From a virus, in UHGV virus genome UHGV-0110229: 53,808 bases of DNA; one strand, given 5' to 3'. This document shows, one piece after another, positions 26,468 to 36,357 of the stretch; the first letter of the stretch is position 1; the number at the start of each line of letters is the position of its first letter. Made by a program: the position numbers and the translations under genes. The notes beneath the pieces were generated by a model. The model worked only from the letters and a program-made list of their open reading frames with translations, was not told the origin of the DNA and did not search any database.

Positions 26468-26544
26468 ACGCATACGAAATGCTATTGCTGGTGGCTGTTA
26501 TTACAGTTATTGCCGTTGATTTCTATCGAGGGTTTAAAAGATGA
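26464..26544 (+). CDS. Mini membrane peptide P5 (26 aa)
   Basis: MNAYEMLLLVAVITVIAVDFYRGFKR; ATGA overlap with P4. Confidence 0.3.
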   Translation: MNAYEMLLLVAVITVIAVDFYRGFKR

Positions 26545-26612
26545 GAGAAGCAGACTTCTTTTGCATGATTATAGTGATTGTCATCGTTGCGGTGCTTTTA
26601 AGTGTTAACTGA
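26541..26612 (+). CDS. Mini membrane peptide P6 (23 aa)
   Basis: MREADFFCMIIVIVIVAVLLSVN; ATGA overlap with P5. Confidence 0.3.
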   Translation: MREADFFCMIIVIVIVAVLLSVN

Positions 26613-26628
26613 ATCGCAGGAGTTAAAA

Positions 26629-26697
26629 ATGAAATGGCTTGATTTCTTTTTCCTGATTGTCGCAATTGTTCTAACCATGACCGCGCTGACTCAATAG
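26629..26697 (+). CDS. Mini membrane peptide P7 (22 aa)
   Basis: MKWLDFFFLIVAIVLTMTALTQ; AGGAG RBS. Confidence 0.3.
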   Translation: MKWLDFFFLIVAIVLTMTALTQ

Positions 26698-26765
26698 GTT
26701 GTGGCTTGGACGCGCATTTTATGCGCTTCCTAAATTCATCAAGTCAAATAAAGTGGATGGTAACG

Positions 26766-26852
26766 ATGAAAGAGCTATTCGACTTTCTGGAAACGGTAAC
26801 ATACTGCGCAACATTAATTGCGTGTTTATATATTCTGTGCAAATGGTTTTGA
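26766..26852 (+). CDS. Mini membrane peptide P8 (28 aa)
   Basis: MKELFDFLETVTYCATLIACLYILCKWF. Confidence 0.25.
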   Translation: MKELFDFLETVTYCATLIACLYILCKWF

Positions 26853-26862
26853 GAGGTGAAAT

Positions 26863-27348
26863 ATGGCCCGCACTAAAAAGGCAAAAGCTGACGATAAAAA
26901 GCCAGCAGCTAAAAAGGTGGGCCGTCCGCATGGTTATACCGAAGAAAAGGCATTAGAGATCTGTGAGCTGGTGGCGGACGGTCAAAGTATTAACAGGATT
27001 TCGAAGATGCCTGATATGCCTGCGCGTTCAACAATCCTTAAATGGTTCAGAGACGTGCCAGAGTTCTCGGACATGTACATACGCGCGAAAGAGATCGGTT
27101 TTGAGGTATTGGCTGATGAGATTATCGACATAGCTGACGCAGCGGAGAACACCGATAAAGACCAATGCCGCCGCCATCAATTGATGATTGAAACCCGTAA
27201 ATGGCTATTGGCAAAACTGCAACCGCGTAAGTATGGCGAACGCGTTACGCAGGAAATCGTAGGCAACAGGGAAGAAGCACCAGTACAGGTAGAAGTCACA
27301 AAAGAAGAGATCGCCCGCATCGTTCAGGAAGTAGAAGATGAGGTGTGA
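26863..27348 (+). CDS. Terminase small subunit
   Basis: 161 aa; basic N-terminus with HTH-like segment (GQSINRISKMPDMPARSTILKW); immediately upstream of TerL with ATGA overlap. Confidence 0.6.
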   Translation: MARTKKAKADDKKPAAKKVGRPHGYTEEKALEICELVADGQSINRISKMPDMPARSTILKWFRDVPEFSDMYIRAKEIGFEVLADEIIDIADAAENTDKDQCRRHQLMIETRKWLLAKLQPRKYGERVTQEIVGNREEAPVQVEVTKEEIARIVQEVEDEV

Positions 27349-28829
27349 TTATGCTGACAATCAAAGAACGAGTTATTCAGTCCAAATGTGAAAACGATGG
27401 CCTGTTTTTCAATCGCTACTTCTATAAGCAAGCGAACGGAACGAAGATGTTAATCTCAGGCCATCACTTAGCTATCCGCGACGCACTGCAACGCGTTGTC
27501 AATGGTGAGATAACCCGACTCATCATTAACATCCCTCCAGGGTACGGCAAAACCATGATCGCAACTATCAACATGATGGCGCGGTCACTCGCAATAAATC
27601 CCCGCACACGATTCCTTCATGTCTCCTATTCCAACAACCTGGCGTTACTCAATTCCTCGACCGTAAGAAACATGATCTGTACGCCTGAATATCAGGCAAT
27701 GTGGCCCATGAGGATCCGCAACGATGCAAACTCAAAATCAATGTGGTGGACTGAATACGGTGGCGGCGTGTATGCAACGTCATCGCTTGGCCAGGTTACA
27801 GGGTTCCGCGCGGGGTATATGGAACCAGGATTTAACGGCGCGTTAATCATCGACGACCCATTAAAACCCGCTGACGCTTATTCTGACGTGGTGAGAAAGC
27901 AGGTTAACACTAACTATAACGACACGCTTGCTTCACGTCTGGCAGTGCAAACAACGCCTGTTATCGTCATTATGCAGCGCATCCACTACGATGATTTGTC
28001 CGGCTACCTGCTACGCGGTGGAAGCGGTGAAAAGTGGTATCACCTTAACCTGCCAGTGAAGATCGACAACAGCGTTGACTACCGGGATTTGTATCCTGAA
28101 AACGAGTTCGCAATCCCTATTCCTCACAACCTGCCTGATGGCTGGCTGTGGCCTAAAAAGCACAATGACGCCCATGAAGCTGGACTGAAAGCACACAGGC
28201 GGTCATTTGAGGCCCAGTACATGCAGCGCCCGCGTAAATTCGACGAAGAGGGTGCATTGTGGACTGAAGCGATGATAACCGCAGCGCACCGTATGCAGAT
28301 AACGCAGGACAAGATCCGCACCGTGATAGCCATTGACCCGGCGACAACATCATCTGATGAGTCAGACGAAACGGGGATCGTGGCGTGTTCCGCTTATGGT
28401 GGCGGTAAGAATGCTCAGTATTCTGTTGATGGTGACTATTCGGGCCGCATGTCGCCTAACGACTGGGCGCAGGCATCAATGAACGCCTACAACATCCATG
28501 AAGCTGACGCGATAGTTATCGAAACCAACCAGGGCGGCGAAATGGCAGAGGCCACGCTACGCAATGCCGGATTCAAAGGCCGAATTGTTAAGGTGCACGC
28601 AAGCAAAGGTAAATTCGCCCGTGCCGAACCAATATCTGCACTGTATGCGCAAGGAAGGGTTGCACACACTGGCAGCCTGTACACGCTGGAAAATCAAATG
28701 ATGGAATACGTGCCAGCCACCGCCAAAAAATCCCCTGACCGTATGGATGCGATGGTATGGGGTATCACCGAATTAAGCCAGCCACAGGCAATGGGCCTCA
28801 TGTTACCGAAGCGCCTGCGCGGATTTTAA
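27345..28829 (+). CDS. Terminase large subunit (ATPase + nuclease)
   Basis: 494 aa; Walker A-like NIPPGYGKTM; Walker B-like ALIIDDP; acidic nuclease-type residues in the C-terminal half. Confidence 0.8.
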   Translation: MIMLTIKERVIQSKCENDGLFFNRYFYKQANGTKMLISGHHLAIRDALQRVVNGEITRLIINIPPGYGKTMIATINMMARSLAINPRTRFLHVSYSNNLALLNSSTVRNMICTPEYQAMWPMRIRNDANSKSMWWTEYGGGVYATSSLGQVTGFRAGYMEPGFNGALIIDDPLKPADAYSDVVRKQVNTNYNDTLASRLAVQTTPVIVIMQRIHYDDLSGYLLRGGSGEKWYHLNLPVKIDNSVDYRDLYPENEFAIPIPHNLPDGWLWPKKHNDAHEAGLKAHRRSFEAQYMQRPRKFDEEGALWTEAMITAAHRMQITQDKIRTVIAIDPATTSSDESDETGIVACSAYGGGKNAQYSVDGDYSGRMSPNDWAQASMNAYNIHEADAIVIETNQGGEMAEATLRNAGFKGRIVKVHASKGKFARAEPISALYAQGRVAHTGSLYTLENQMMEYVPATAKKSPDRMDAMVWGITELSQPQAMGLMLPKRLRGF

Positions 28830-28907
28830 AATCTGACTCACAATCCACCACAAGTTTTTCTATTTTTCGCGTAGCAACGCGTAAACATGTATTCAGGAGT
28901 AAACATT

Positions 28908-30278
28908 ATGCCATCCAATTTAGAATTGGCGGTTAATGCTGCCTTGTCACAACGTAAGGCGGCCTATGCCCGCTATGCAGCCGCCAACCCATTCACTATG
29001 GGGATAGATGCCAAACGCGATACTGCGTGGAGTGAATACGGATTCAAAGAAGAGATCACGTATGACGACCTGTACAAACTGTACAGACGCGGTGGTATTG
29101 CTCACGGTGCTATTGAGAAAATCATCACGACGTGCTGGCGCACCAAGCCAAAGATGATCGAAGGAACTGAAGACGAGAAAGCGAAAAAGGAAACACCGTG
29201 GGAAAGAGAAATCAAGAAGAAATTTAACAACAGATTTTGGCGCACTGTTGCTGAATGTGATCGCCGCCGCCTCATTGGTCGTTATGCTGGCCTGTTGATT
29301 CATGTAAGAGATAACCAGCCGTGGGATCAGCCAGTGACAAAAGGTGTAGGCATTGCCAAATTTACCCCGGTATGGGCTGGCGCTCTTACACCGAAGGAGT
29401 TCGAAGAAGACCCGAACAGTGAAAACTATGGCCTGCCAACGTGGTGGGAATACAAAGAACGCATTAACAGTAAGACCATTGCCAGAAGAATCCACCCTGA
29501 CCGCATATTCATCTTTGGCGACTATTCTGATGATGTCATCGCTTTCCTTGAACCGTCCTATAACGCCTTTGTGTCACTTGAGAAGGTGGAAGGGGGTAGC
29601 GGTGAATCATTCCTGAAAAACGCCGCCCGCCAGCTTGCTATCTCGTTCGATAAAGAGATTGACTTCCGTTCCCTTGCTGCAACATACGATTGCGACGTTA
29701 CAGAGTTACGCGAAAGATTTAATGAGGCTACTGCTGAAATGAATAAGGGTAATGACGTAATGATGGCGTTACAGGGTGCAACAGTAAGCCCGCTGGTTAC
29801 TGCTGTATCTGACCCGTCATCAACCTATGACGTAAACCTGCAAACCGCCGCCGCTGGTGTTGATATTCCAACCCGCATCCTGGTAGGGAACCAGCAGGGC
29901 GAACGCGCATCAACCGAAGACCTCCGCTACTTCAACAGCCGCTGTATGACCCGCAGGGAGGAAATTGGCGGTGAACTTGAAGATCTGTTCCGCAAGATGG
30001 CAGATCTCCGCCTTATCAGTATGCCAATTGACGTATCAGTGATATGGGACGACCTGAACGCCATGACCAAAGCGGAGCTACTGGAAGCCGCAGACAAGAT
30101 GGCGCAAATCAATCAGGCTTGTTTGGCTACTGGTGAAGAAATATTTAGCGGTGACGAGATCCGCGAGGCTGCCGGATACGATGGCCCTGCCAGTGTAGTT
30201 GAAACGGAAGAGGAAGACGATGATGAAGGTGAAGAAGATAATCAGGCGAATACCTCCAGCCGCGATAATGCCATCTAA
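28908..30278 (+). CDS. Portal protein
   Basis: About 456 aa from ATG 28908 (AGGAG RBS; alternative ATG 28887); position after TerL; acidic C-terminal tail. Confidence 0.6.
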   Translation: MPSNLELAVNAALSQRKAAYARYAAANPFTMGIDAKRDTAWSEYGFKEEITYDDLYKLYRRGGIAHGAIEKIITTCWRTKPKMIEGTEDEKAKKETPWEREIKKKFNNRFWRTVAECDRRRLIGRYAGLLIHVRDNQPWDQPVTKGVGIAKFTPVWAGALTPKEFEEDPNSENYGLPTWWEYKERINSKTIARRIHPDRIFIFGDYSDDVIAFLEPSYNAFVSLEKVEGGSGESFLKNAARQLAISFDKEIDFRSLAATYDCDVTELRERFNEATAEMNKGNDVMMALQGATVSPLVTAVSDPSSTYDVNLQTAAAGVDIPTRILVGNQQGERASTEDLRYFNSRCMTRREEIGGELEDLFRKMADLRLISMPIDVSVIWDDLNAMTKAELLEAADKMAQINQACLATGEEIFSGDEIREAAGYDGPASVVETEEEDDDEGEEDNQANTSSRDNAI

Positions 30279-31164
30279 CACCGAAGACCCGACCATGACA
30301 GGGAAGTTACGGTCTGGCGCTATCAAGCGTTTTAAAGCCTGCCTGAAGAAAGTTGCGGATCCGTATATTGCCATACTGGACAGAATGCAATATAGCCTGG
30401 CTGTTAATAAAAAATACACCTTCCAGATCTACATCGACGAATTACATGACTTGCTGGAAGACGCCAGCGATATGATTGATGAGATATTCGACCTGACTGA
30501 CCCGGAAAACTTCTGGTTCTGGCAGGAATACGTAAAGGTGGCATATCAGCGCGGCACTTCTCAGGAATATGCCAACCTCGCTAACCAGTCGGTCACATAT
30601 TCCAGGGCTTACCCTGAAGTGTCTGCAGTATTAACCAGCCAGACCTATCGCACCCGCCTTGCCCTGGTGCGTACCCGTGTATTTGAAGAGATGCGCGGGC
30701 TGACAGCACAGATCAAGAAGGATATGGCCCGCCGATTAACCGAAGGCATGGCCCGTGGCTTAAACCCACTCGAAATAGCGCGCACATTGCAGCAGGAAAC
30801 GCAATTGCCGCTATACAGGTGCAAACGTATTGCCCGTACTGAAATATGCACAGCGTTGCGCACAGCGCGTATGGATGAGGCTGAGGCAGCATCGGAAGAG
30901 CTTAACTTGCGCACTATGCAGATGCACATTTCGGCATTATCACCGACTACCAGGCTATCACACGCACAGCGGCACGGGAAAACGTACACCATAGACGAGC
31001 AGCGCGAATGGTGGAGTAAATCCCCCAATTCAATTAACTGCAAATGTAGCACAATTACCGTGCTGGTGGATGAATCTGGTAACATATTAAACAAAAGAAT
31101 CATTGAGCGAGCGCAAGAAAATTACAAAGTTGCGCACGCTAAATATGGCGAAGATTGGGAGTAA
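30220..31164 (+). CDS. Head morphogenesis protein (Mu F / SPP1 gp7-like minor head protein)
   Basis: Follows portal; conserved-looking central region; start uncertain (30220 or 30268). Confidence 0.5.
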   Translation: MMKVKKIIRRIPPAAIMPSNTEDPTMTGKLRSGAIKRFKACLKKVADPYIAILDRMQYSLAVNKKYTFQIYIDELHDLLEDASDMIDEIFDLTDPENFWFWQEYVKVAYQRGTSQEYANLANQSVTYSRAYPEVSAVLTSQTYRTRLALVRTRVFEEMRGLTAQIKKDMARRLTEGMARGLNPLEIARTLQQETQLPLYRCKRIARTEICTALRTARMDEAEAASEELNLRTMQMHISALSPTTRLSHAQRHGKTYTIDEQREWWSKSPNSINCKCSTITVLVDESGNILNKRIIERAQENYKVAHAKYGEDWE

Positions 31165-32441
31165 AAACCGTGAATAAAGAACTGATTCAGGTTAATACCA
31201 AATTAACCGCTAATACCATCCGCAGGGAAACATATAACGGGCGAGAACACATCGTGGTCCCGTCTTATACGTTGCCCTTCAATATCGTTATGAATCGGGA
31301 ATATTACCCGGAAGCCGAAATCATTGCTAATTATCAATCTCTGGAAGGTACGCTTGCACCGCTGGGCCATCCTACGGTTAACGGTGAATTTGTTTCCGCA
31401 TTTAGCCCTGAAGGTCTGAATATTGGCTTTTGTGGCGCATGGAACAGGAATGTTGAATTACGCGGCAACCGTGTTTATGTGGAAAAATGGGTGGATGTTG
31501 AAACAGCCAGCCATTCAGAACAGGGGCGCGAATTATTAAGCCGACTCGAAGCACTGGAAAAAGGCGAAAGCAAAGATCCGATCTGGTCATCTGTTGCCGT
31601 ATATCGTGAGCGTATGCCAGCAACCGAAGAGATGAAGGCACAGGGCGCTGACAGCGTTGTCAAAATCATGTCAATTGACCATGACGCCATCTTACTACAT
31701 GAACCGCCAGCCGCATCGCCAGAACAGGGCGTTGGCCTGATGGTTAACACTGACCAGGCGAAGCCGTTAATGGCGGTGGCAATGAAAGAAAACAGCTATC
31801 GCACGCTTGAAAGACAATTGGAAGAAGCGGCGCGTAAACTGTTCCCAGATGCAGATTATGTCTATGTCGTGGACTTCACTGATAAAGAAGTGACCATTGC
31901 CACTAATGCCGAAAGTGCTCAAGTTTGCACGTATGAAAAACAGGCTGATAAAATAATTCTCAATAATGGCGAGCTTGCAACCAACGAGGAAAGTAAATCC
32001 TGGTTCGCCCAGTTCGCTGAACACCTATCTAATCTTTTCTCCCTGAATGAAAAAATTAAGGCCAATAAATCGGAGGGTGAACCCATGCCTTTGACCAAAG
32101 AAGAACGCGCCGAACTGGTAAAAGAAATTAACGAAAGCATCACCGCAAATATGGCTAATGCAATCGCTGAAGCGCTTAAACCAGTACAGGCAAGCGTTGA
32201 AGAATTACAGACCAATCAGAAAGCGATTAAAGAAGAGATCGCAGCAAACGCAAATAAAGAAGAAGCAGAAAAACGCGCCGCAGTAGCAAAAGTACACGGC
32301 GAAATTGTTGCTAACGCATTAAGCGGTGAAGCGTTAGAAGCAATGTTTAAATCCCTGGGCAAAGCAGCACCAATGGCAGCAAACTCCGCCGCTGGTGGAA
32401 ATAAACCTGCCACCCCTGACATTAACAACTATTTCGCATAA
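31155..32441 (+). CDS. Putative scaffolding / prohead-associated protein
   Basis: 428 aa; position between head morphogenesis and capsid genes; Ala/Glu-rich coiled-coil C-terminus; start TTG 31155 or GTG 31170. Confidence 0.4.
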   Translation: MGVKTVNKELIQVNTKLTANTIRRETYNGREHIVVPSYTLPFNIVMNREYYPEAEIIANYQSLEGTLAPLGHPTVNGEFVSAFSPEGLNIGFCGAWNRNVELRGNRVYVEKWVDVETASHSEQGRELLSRLEALEKGESKDPIWSSVAVYRERMPATEEMKAQGADSVVKIMSIDHDAILLHEPPAASPEQGVGLMVNTDQAKPLMAVAMKENSYRTLERQLEEAARKLFPDADYVYVVDFTDKEVTIATNAESAQVCTYEKQADKIILNNGELATNEESKSWFAQFAEHLSNLFSLNEKIKANKSEGEPMPLTKEERAELVKEINESITANMANAIAEALKPVQASVEELQTNQKAIKEEIAANANKEEAEKRAAVAKVHGEIVANALSGEALEAMFKSLGKAAPMAANSAAGGNKPATPDINNYFA

Positions 32442-32451
32442 GAGGTGAATT

Positions 32452-32880
32452 ATGGCCCGTTTTCGTCGTGTAAATATTGACGGTAAATCCGTTACTGAAA
32501 CCGCAGTATCTGACGCAGCACTTAAGCCAGGTACTCCGGTAAAAATGGCGGCTGGTAAATTCGCTGCCGCAACTGATACCGAAGGCCGTATTTATGTTGT
32601 AAATCCGGCATACCATGAAGGTTTAGGCATTGAAGATGTGATCCCGGTTGGTCATTCCGTGGTTGCTGACTACGCAGAAGAAGGACGCGAATTTGCAATT
32701 CTTCTTCCTGAAGGTACTTACACCAAAGACGCAGGAATCACCATTGGCGAGTCTGGCTTCGCATTAGCAAAACCAGCGTCCAGCGAGCCATCACAAACCC
32801 CTGCTGATCCGGTTTTCGCTTTCTGCCAGGAAACTGTAACCCTTGAAGCGGCTGATTTTGTACGTGTCCGCGTTGCATAA
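32452..32880 (+). CDS. Putative head decoration / cement protein
   Basis: 142 aa ORF directly upstream of the major capsid gene. Confidence 0.35.
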   Translation: MARFRRVNIDGKSVTETAVSDAALKPGTPVKMAAGKFAAATDTEGRIYVVNPAYHEGLGIEDVIPVGHSVVADYAEEGREFAILLPEGTYTKDAGITIGESGFALAKPASSEPSQTPADPVFAFCQETVTLEAADFVRVRVA

Positions 32881-32899
32881 TAATAAGAGGTGAAAAACT

Positions 32900-33952
32900 A
32901 TGCTGTTTAATAAACACAACCTTGCTACCAACAGCCGCATTCGTGCTCAGTGGGATCACCTTTGGGCGCAGCGCAACATGTTCAATGATCGTGACGGCGC
33001 TCTTATTGCCGCAAATATGGCAAACATGACCGCTGACATCCTGGCATGTAATGCCGTTGGCGGCTTCGATCAGGAATTCTGGAAAGCTATCGATAACCAG
33101 ATTATCGAAATGAGCACCGAAGAGACTGGCATCGAAATTGTAAACGACCTGATGGCTGTTCAAACCGTATTACCAATCGGTAAAACCGAGAAAATGTACA
33201 GCGTATCCGGTGATATTAACGATGAAGTTGTCGTTAGTATTGATGGTCAGGCTCCGCATGGCTTCGATCACACTGAATACGGTAGCGATGGCGACCCGAT
33301 CCCGATGTTCACAGCTGGTTACGGTGTCAACTGGCGTCATTCCGAAGGTCTGAAAACTGCTGGTATTGACCTTGCACTGGATAGCCAGCGCCTGAAACTG
33401 CAAAAATTCAACAAAGCCCGCGTTGATTATTACCTTAACGGTAACGCAAAAATCAACGTCAACGGTAAACCTGGCCAGGGTATTAAAAATCACCGTAATA
33501 CCCAGCAACTGACCATGAGCACCGAAGACCTCACCACTGACGGATTTGACGATCTAATCAAATTCTTCACCACTGGTGCATTCGGTGTTATGGCCCGCAA
33601 CAACCGCGTTGATCAGTATGACATCATGTGGGTGTCCCCTGAAATTATGGCTAACATGGCGGCGCCGCACATTGCTAACGGTACTGTTGTTGGTACTGTA
33701 CTGAATATCGTTAAACCGTTCATTCCGGTTAAAGAAATCCGTCAGACCTTTGCTCTGAAAGGTAACGAGTTCATTGCTTACCAACGCCGTCGCAACGTCA
33801 TTACCCCGCTGGTTGGTATGACTACTGGTGTTGTCCCTCTGCCGCGCTTTATGCCGACTGATAACTACAACTTCAAAATCATGTCTGCCGAAGGTTTACA
33901 AATCACCTGCGACATGCTGGGCCGTTCCGGTGTCGTTTACGGTCACAAATAA
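32900..33952 (+). CDS. Major capsid protein
   Basis: 350 aa; position, size and strong downstream terminator typical of a major capsid gene. Confidence 0.6.
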   Translation: MLFNKHNLATNSRIRAQWDHLWAQRNMFNDRDGALIAANMANMTADILACNAVGGFDQEFWKAIDNQIIEMSTEETGIEIVNDLMAVQTVLPIGKTEKMYSVSGDINDEVVVSIDGQAPHGFDHTEYGSDGDPIPMFTAGYGVNWRHSEGLKTAGIDLALDSQRLKLQKFNKARVDYYLNGNAKINVNGKPGQGIKNHRNTQQLTMSTEDLTTDGFDDLIKFFTTGAFGVMARNNRVDQYDIMWVSPEIMANMAAPHIANGTVVGTVLNIVKPFIPVKEIRQTFALKGNEFIAYQRRRNVITPLVGMTTGVVPLPRFMPTDNYNFKIMSAEGLQITCDMLGRSGVVYGHK

Positions 33953-33971
33953 TTTTGTATTTCCTGTAACT

Positions 33972-33999
33972 CCCCGGCGCGATGCCGGGGATTTTTTTT
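33972..33999 (+). terminator. Rho-independent terminator after major capsid gene
   Basis: CCCCGGC-GCGAT-GCCGGGG followed by TTTTTTTT. Confidence 0.7.
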
Positions 34000-34017
34000 G
34001 TATGTGGAGCAAACAAA

Positions 34018-34404
34018 ATGGTCACTACAGAACAGGCGCGGGAATATCTTGAAAGCCAGGGTATTGACCTGCCAGACATTATCTTATCCTTGCTGGTGGA
34101 GCAGGCAAATAGCGTTAATGAATGCCTTGATGCCAACTATCCGGCCTCCACTGCAACATTAATCCAACTTTATCTGATTGGCCTGTTAGGACTCACTCAG
34201 GCTAACAAGTACGTTTCCTCGCAAACTGGTCCGAACGGTGCAGGCCAGTCATACCGCTATGTCGATTTTAATAAAAAATGGAAGGCAGCCTACTCGTTGC
34301 TTTACTCCCTTGATAAACATCACTGTACAGCCGAACTGATTCCACCAGATCCAGAAAACACCGCGCACGCAGGATTGTGGATAGGTAAAAGCGGGAGGAT
34401 GTAA
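34018..34404 (+). CDS. Putative head-tail connector / adaptor protein
   Basis: ATG 34018 with GGAG RBS after the terminator; track ORF start 33982 lies inside the hairpin. Confidence 0.4.
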   Translation: MVTTEQAREYLESQGIDLPDIILSLLVEQANSVNECLDANYPASTATLIQLYLIGLLGLTQANKYVSSQTGPNGAGQSYRYVDFNKKWKAAYSLLYSLDKHHCTAELIPPDPENTAHAGLWIGKSGRM

Positions 34405-34406
34405 CA

Positions 34407-34592
34407 ATGTGGAACGACCTGACATTACCGGATCCGCTATTGCCGAAACTGTTTACCCGCGTGTGGGTGAAAACTGACACCGGGCGACAGGTGGCGGCCT
34501 ACCTCAATGATGCTGGTGAATGGGTAATTCTTTGCCCGCGCGTGGCGAAAACCCATCCGAAAATCGTTAAATGGAGCTATGGCTATGAGTAA
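34407..34592 (+). CDS. Hypothetical structural-module protein
   Basis: 61 aa ORF. Confidence 0.3.
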   Translation: MWNDLTLPDPLLPKLFTRVWVKTDTGRQVAAYLNDAGEWVILCPRVAKTHPKIVKWSYGYE

Positions 34593-34953
34593 GATCGCGA
34601 GATTCAGTTACAAGGCATTAGCCACCATTTACCCCGTGACGCGTGACGACTGGATAAACTCCGATGTATACGGAACGCCATACCTGATTGATTGTGCATG
34701 GGAACGCACTGACGGAACAGCAACAGACGCAAACGGGAATGAGGTTAGCAACACGATAACCGTATATACCGAACTGCTTTACAAGATGCAGCCAGTTCAG
34801 CGCCCTGAAAAAGGGTGGATGATTGCCACTGGCGACACTACCGCTATCGCTGACCCGCTGGCGGCTGGGGCCAACTTTATAACCGGGATCGTTGAATGGG
34901 ACATGAGTATGTTTAACGACACTCCGGATTATAAGATCGTCACAGGAGGTTAA
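34579..34953 (+). CDS. Putative head closure / head-tail joining protein
   Basis: 124 aa ORF in connector region. Confidence 0.35.
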   Translation: MAMSKIARFSYKALATIYPVTRDDWINSDVYGTPYLIDCAWERTDGTATDANGNEVSNTITVYTELLYKMQPVQRPEKGWMIATGDTTAIADPLAAGANFITGIVEWDMSMFNDTPDYKIVTGG

Positions 34954-34955
34954 TC

Positions 34956-35429
34956 ATGCCACTGAAAGGCGTCAGGCGTGTCCGTATGAAAATGACGGAA
35001 GAGATCAGGAATATAGCAGACAAAAAGACTTACGAAGTGTTGTGGATAGTTGGCAACGTTGCATCCGGCCTTGCATCTGGAATGACGCCAGTTGATACGG
35101 GTTTTTTAATTAACAGCATGTATCAGACAGTTGAGAAAAACGGTAACGGTCTTTGTCTAAGGGTTGGATATACCGCCCGCTATGCTGAATGGGTGCATGA
35201 CATGCCAGGGACATTAATGGGGCAGCCTCGCGAGCATTTCGGTAAAACCAATAACCTTTCAGATTTTGGCCCAAAACAGGTAGTTGAGTTCGGCGGCGGT
35301 ACTGGGAAGGGTTATTATTGGGATCCGAACGCGGAACCGGAATTTTTGCGCAAGGCGTTCGAGGAACCAGATAATTTTAATGAGATCTGGAACACGATTA
35401 AACTTGGTTACTGGACGAAACAATCATGA
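34956..35429 (+). CDS. Putative tail-component (HK97 gp10-like) protein
   Basis: 157 aa ORF, position-based. Confidence 0.35.
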   Translation: MPLKGVRRVRMKMTEEIRNIADKKTYEVLWIVGNVASGLASGMTPVDTGFLINSMYQTVEKNGNGLCLRVGYTARYAEWVHDMPGTLMGQPREHFGKTNNLSDFGPKQVVEFGGGTGKGYYWDPNAEPEFLRKAFEEPDNFNEIWNTIKLGYWTKQS

Positions 35430-35812
35430 AACGCAGCGAAGTATACGACGAAATAAGGGATTGGATTAAATCCCACGGGTACGACGAAGGTTATATTTTG
35501 CAGGCCCGTTTCTGGAATGAGCGATCCAATTCTAATAACGACCGATATATTGTTATCCAGCAAAATGGCGGGGCGGCTGGTGAAGAAGCAGTAACCCGTG
35601 ACTACTTCCGCATCCTGGTTATTTCAGCGCGCAATGATGCAAATATCAGTGAAGTGGAAGATCTCGCCGACGCAATACGTCAAAGTATGATAACCGAATA
35701 CAAAACTGATAAAATTACACACATGAAGCCAGTTGGCGCTATTCCTGCAATGCAGACAAGAGAAGGGCGCTTTATTTTTACCGTAGCTTTTCAAACCATC
35801 ATATCTAGATAA
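35426..35812 (+). CDS. Putative tail completion / terminator protein
   Basis: 128 aa ORF immediately upstream of the major tail gene. Confidence 0.35.
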   Translation: MKRSEVYDEIRDWIKSHGYDEGYILQARFWNERSNSNNDRYIVIQQNGGAAGEEAVTRDYFRILVISARNDANISEVEDLADAIRQSMITEYKTDKITHMKPVGAIPAMQTREGRFIFTVAFQTIISR

Positions 35813-35825
35813 GAGGTAACTAAAC

Positions 35826-36302
35826 ATGTCTCAGACTTGTGATAAAGGTTCGTTCTTAGGCCGCGACGTTGCCGTATTTTACGCTATCGCTTGCCCTAAT
35901 GCGAAACCTAATGACGAAGCATATAAAGCGTTAGGCATGATGCGTGGTAAATCTCTTTCCGTAGAATGGGAAACCGCAGACGCCACCGCTGACAAATCAG
36001 CAGACTACACCAAAGAATCACTGGTAACTTACAAGTCCGTTTCCTTCTCAGGTGACGGCGTATCCCGCACAGAAGCGCTTCACAATCAGAAAGAGTTGAA
36101 ACGCCACGTTATTAACCCTGGTGAGGTAACTGGTTCTCAGCCAATCGTATGGTTAAAAATTGTTTCTCCGCTTGATGTGACTGAAGGCCCGTTTCTTTGC
36201 ACTTCCTTTAAAGAAGAAGATCCGCATGACGATGTGTCCACCTGGTCCATTGAATGCGAAAGCGCTGGCAAGGTTACAGTAGCTGACGTTCCGGCGGCGT
36301 AA
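35826..36302 (+). CDS. Major tail (tube) protein
   Basis: 158 aa; position before chaperone and tape measure; followed by terminator hairpin. Confidence 0.5.
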   Translation: MSQTCDKGSFLGRDVAVFYAIACPNAKPNDEAYKALGMMRGKSLSVEWETADATADKSADYTKESLVTYKSVSFSGDGVSRTEALHNQKELKRHVINPGEVTGSQPIVWLKIVSPLDVTEGPFLCTSFKEEDPHDDVSTWSIECESAGKVTVADVPAA

Positions 36303-36320
36303 CAACAAACACTGACATTG

Positions 36321-36346
36321 GGGGCCATTTGGCCCCTTTATTTTTA
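36321..36346 (+). terminator. Rho-independent terminator after major tail gene
   Basis: GGGGCC-ATTT-GGCCCC followed by TTTATTTTT. Confidence 0.6.
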
Positions 36347-36357
36347 AGGTGACAGCT

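Noticed and set aside
26699-26956. 85 aa ORF spanning the end of the mini-peptide array and the TerS start
   Set aside because: Out of frame with TerS, which has a good RBS at 26863; overlaps the better-supported small ORF P8.
28947-29495. 182 aa reverse-strand ORF inside the portal gene
   Set aside because: Embedded antisense ORF without RBS in a well-supported structural gene.
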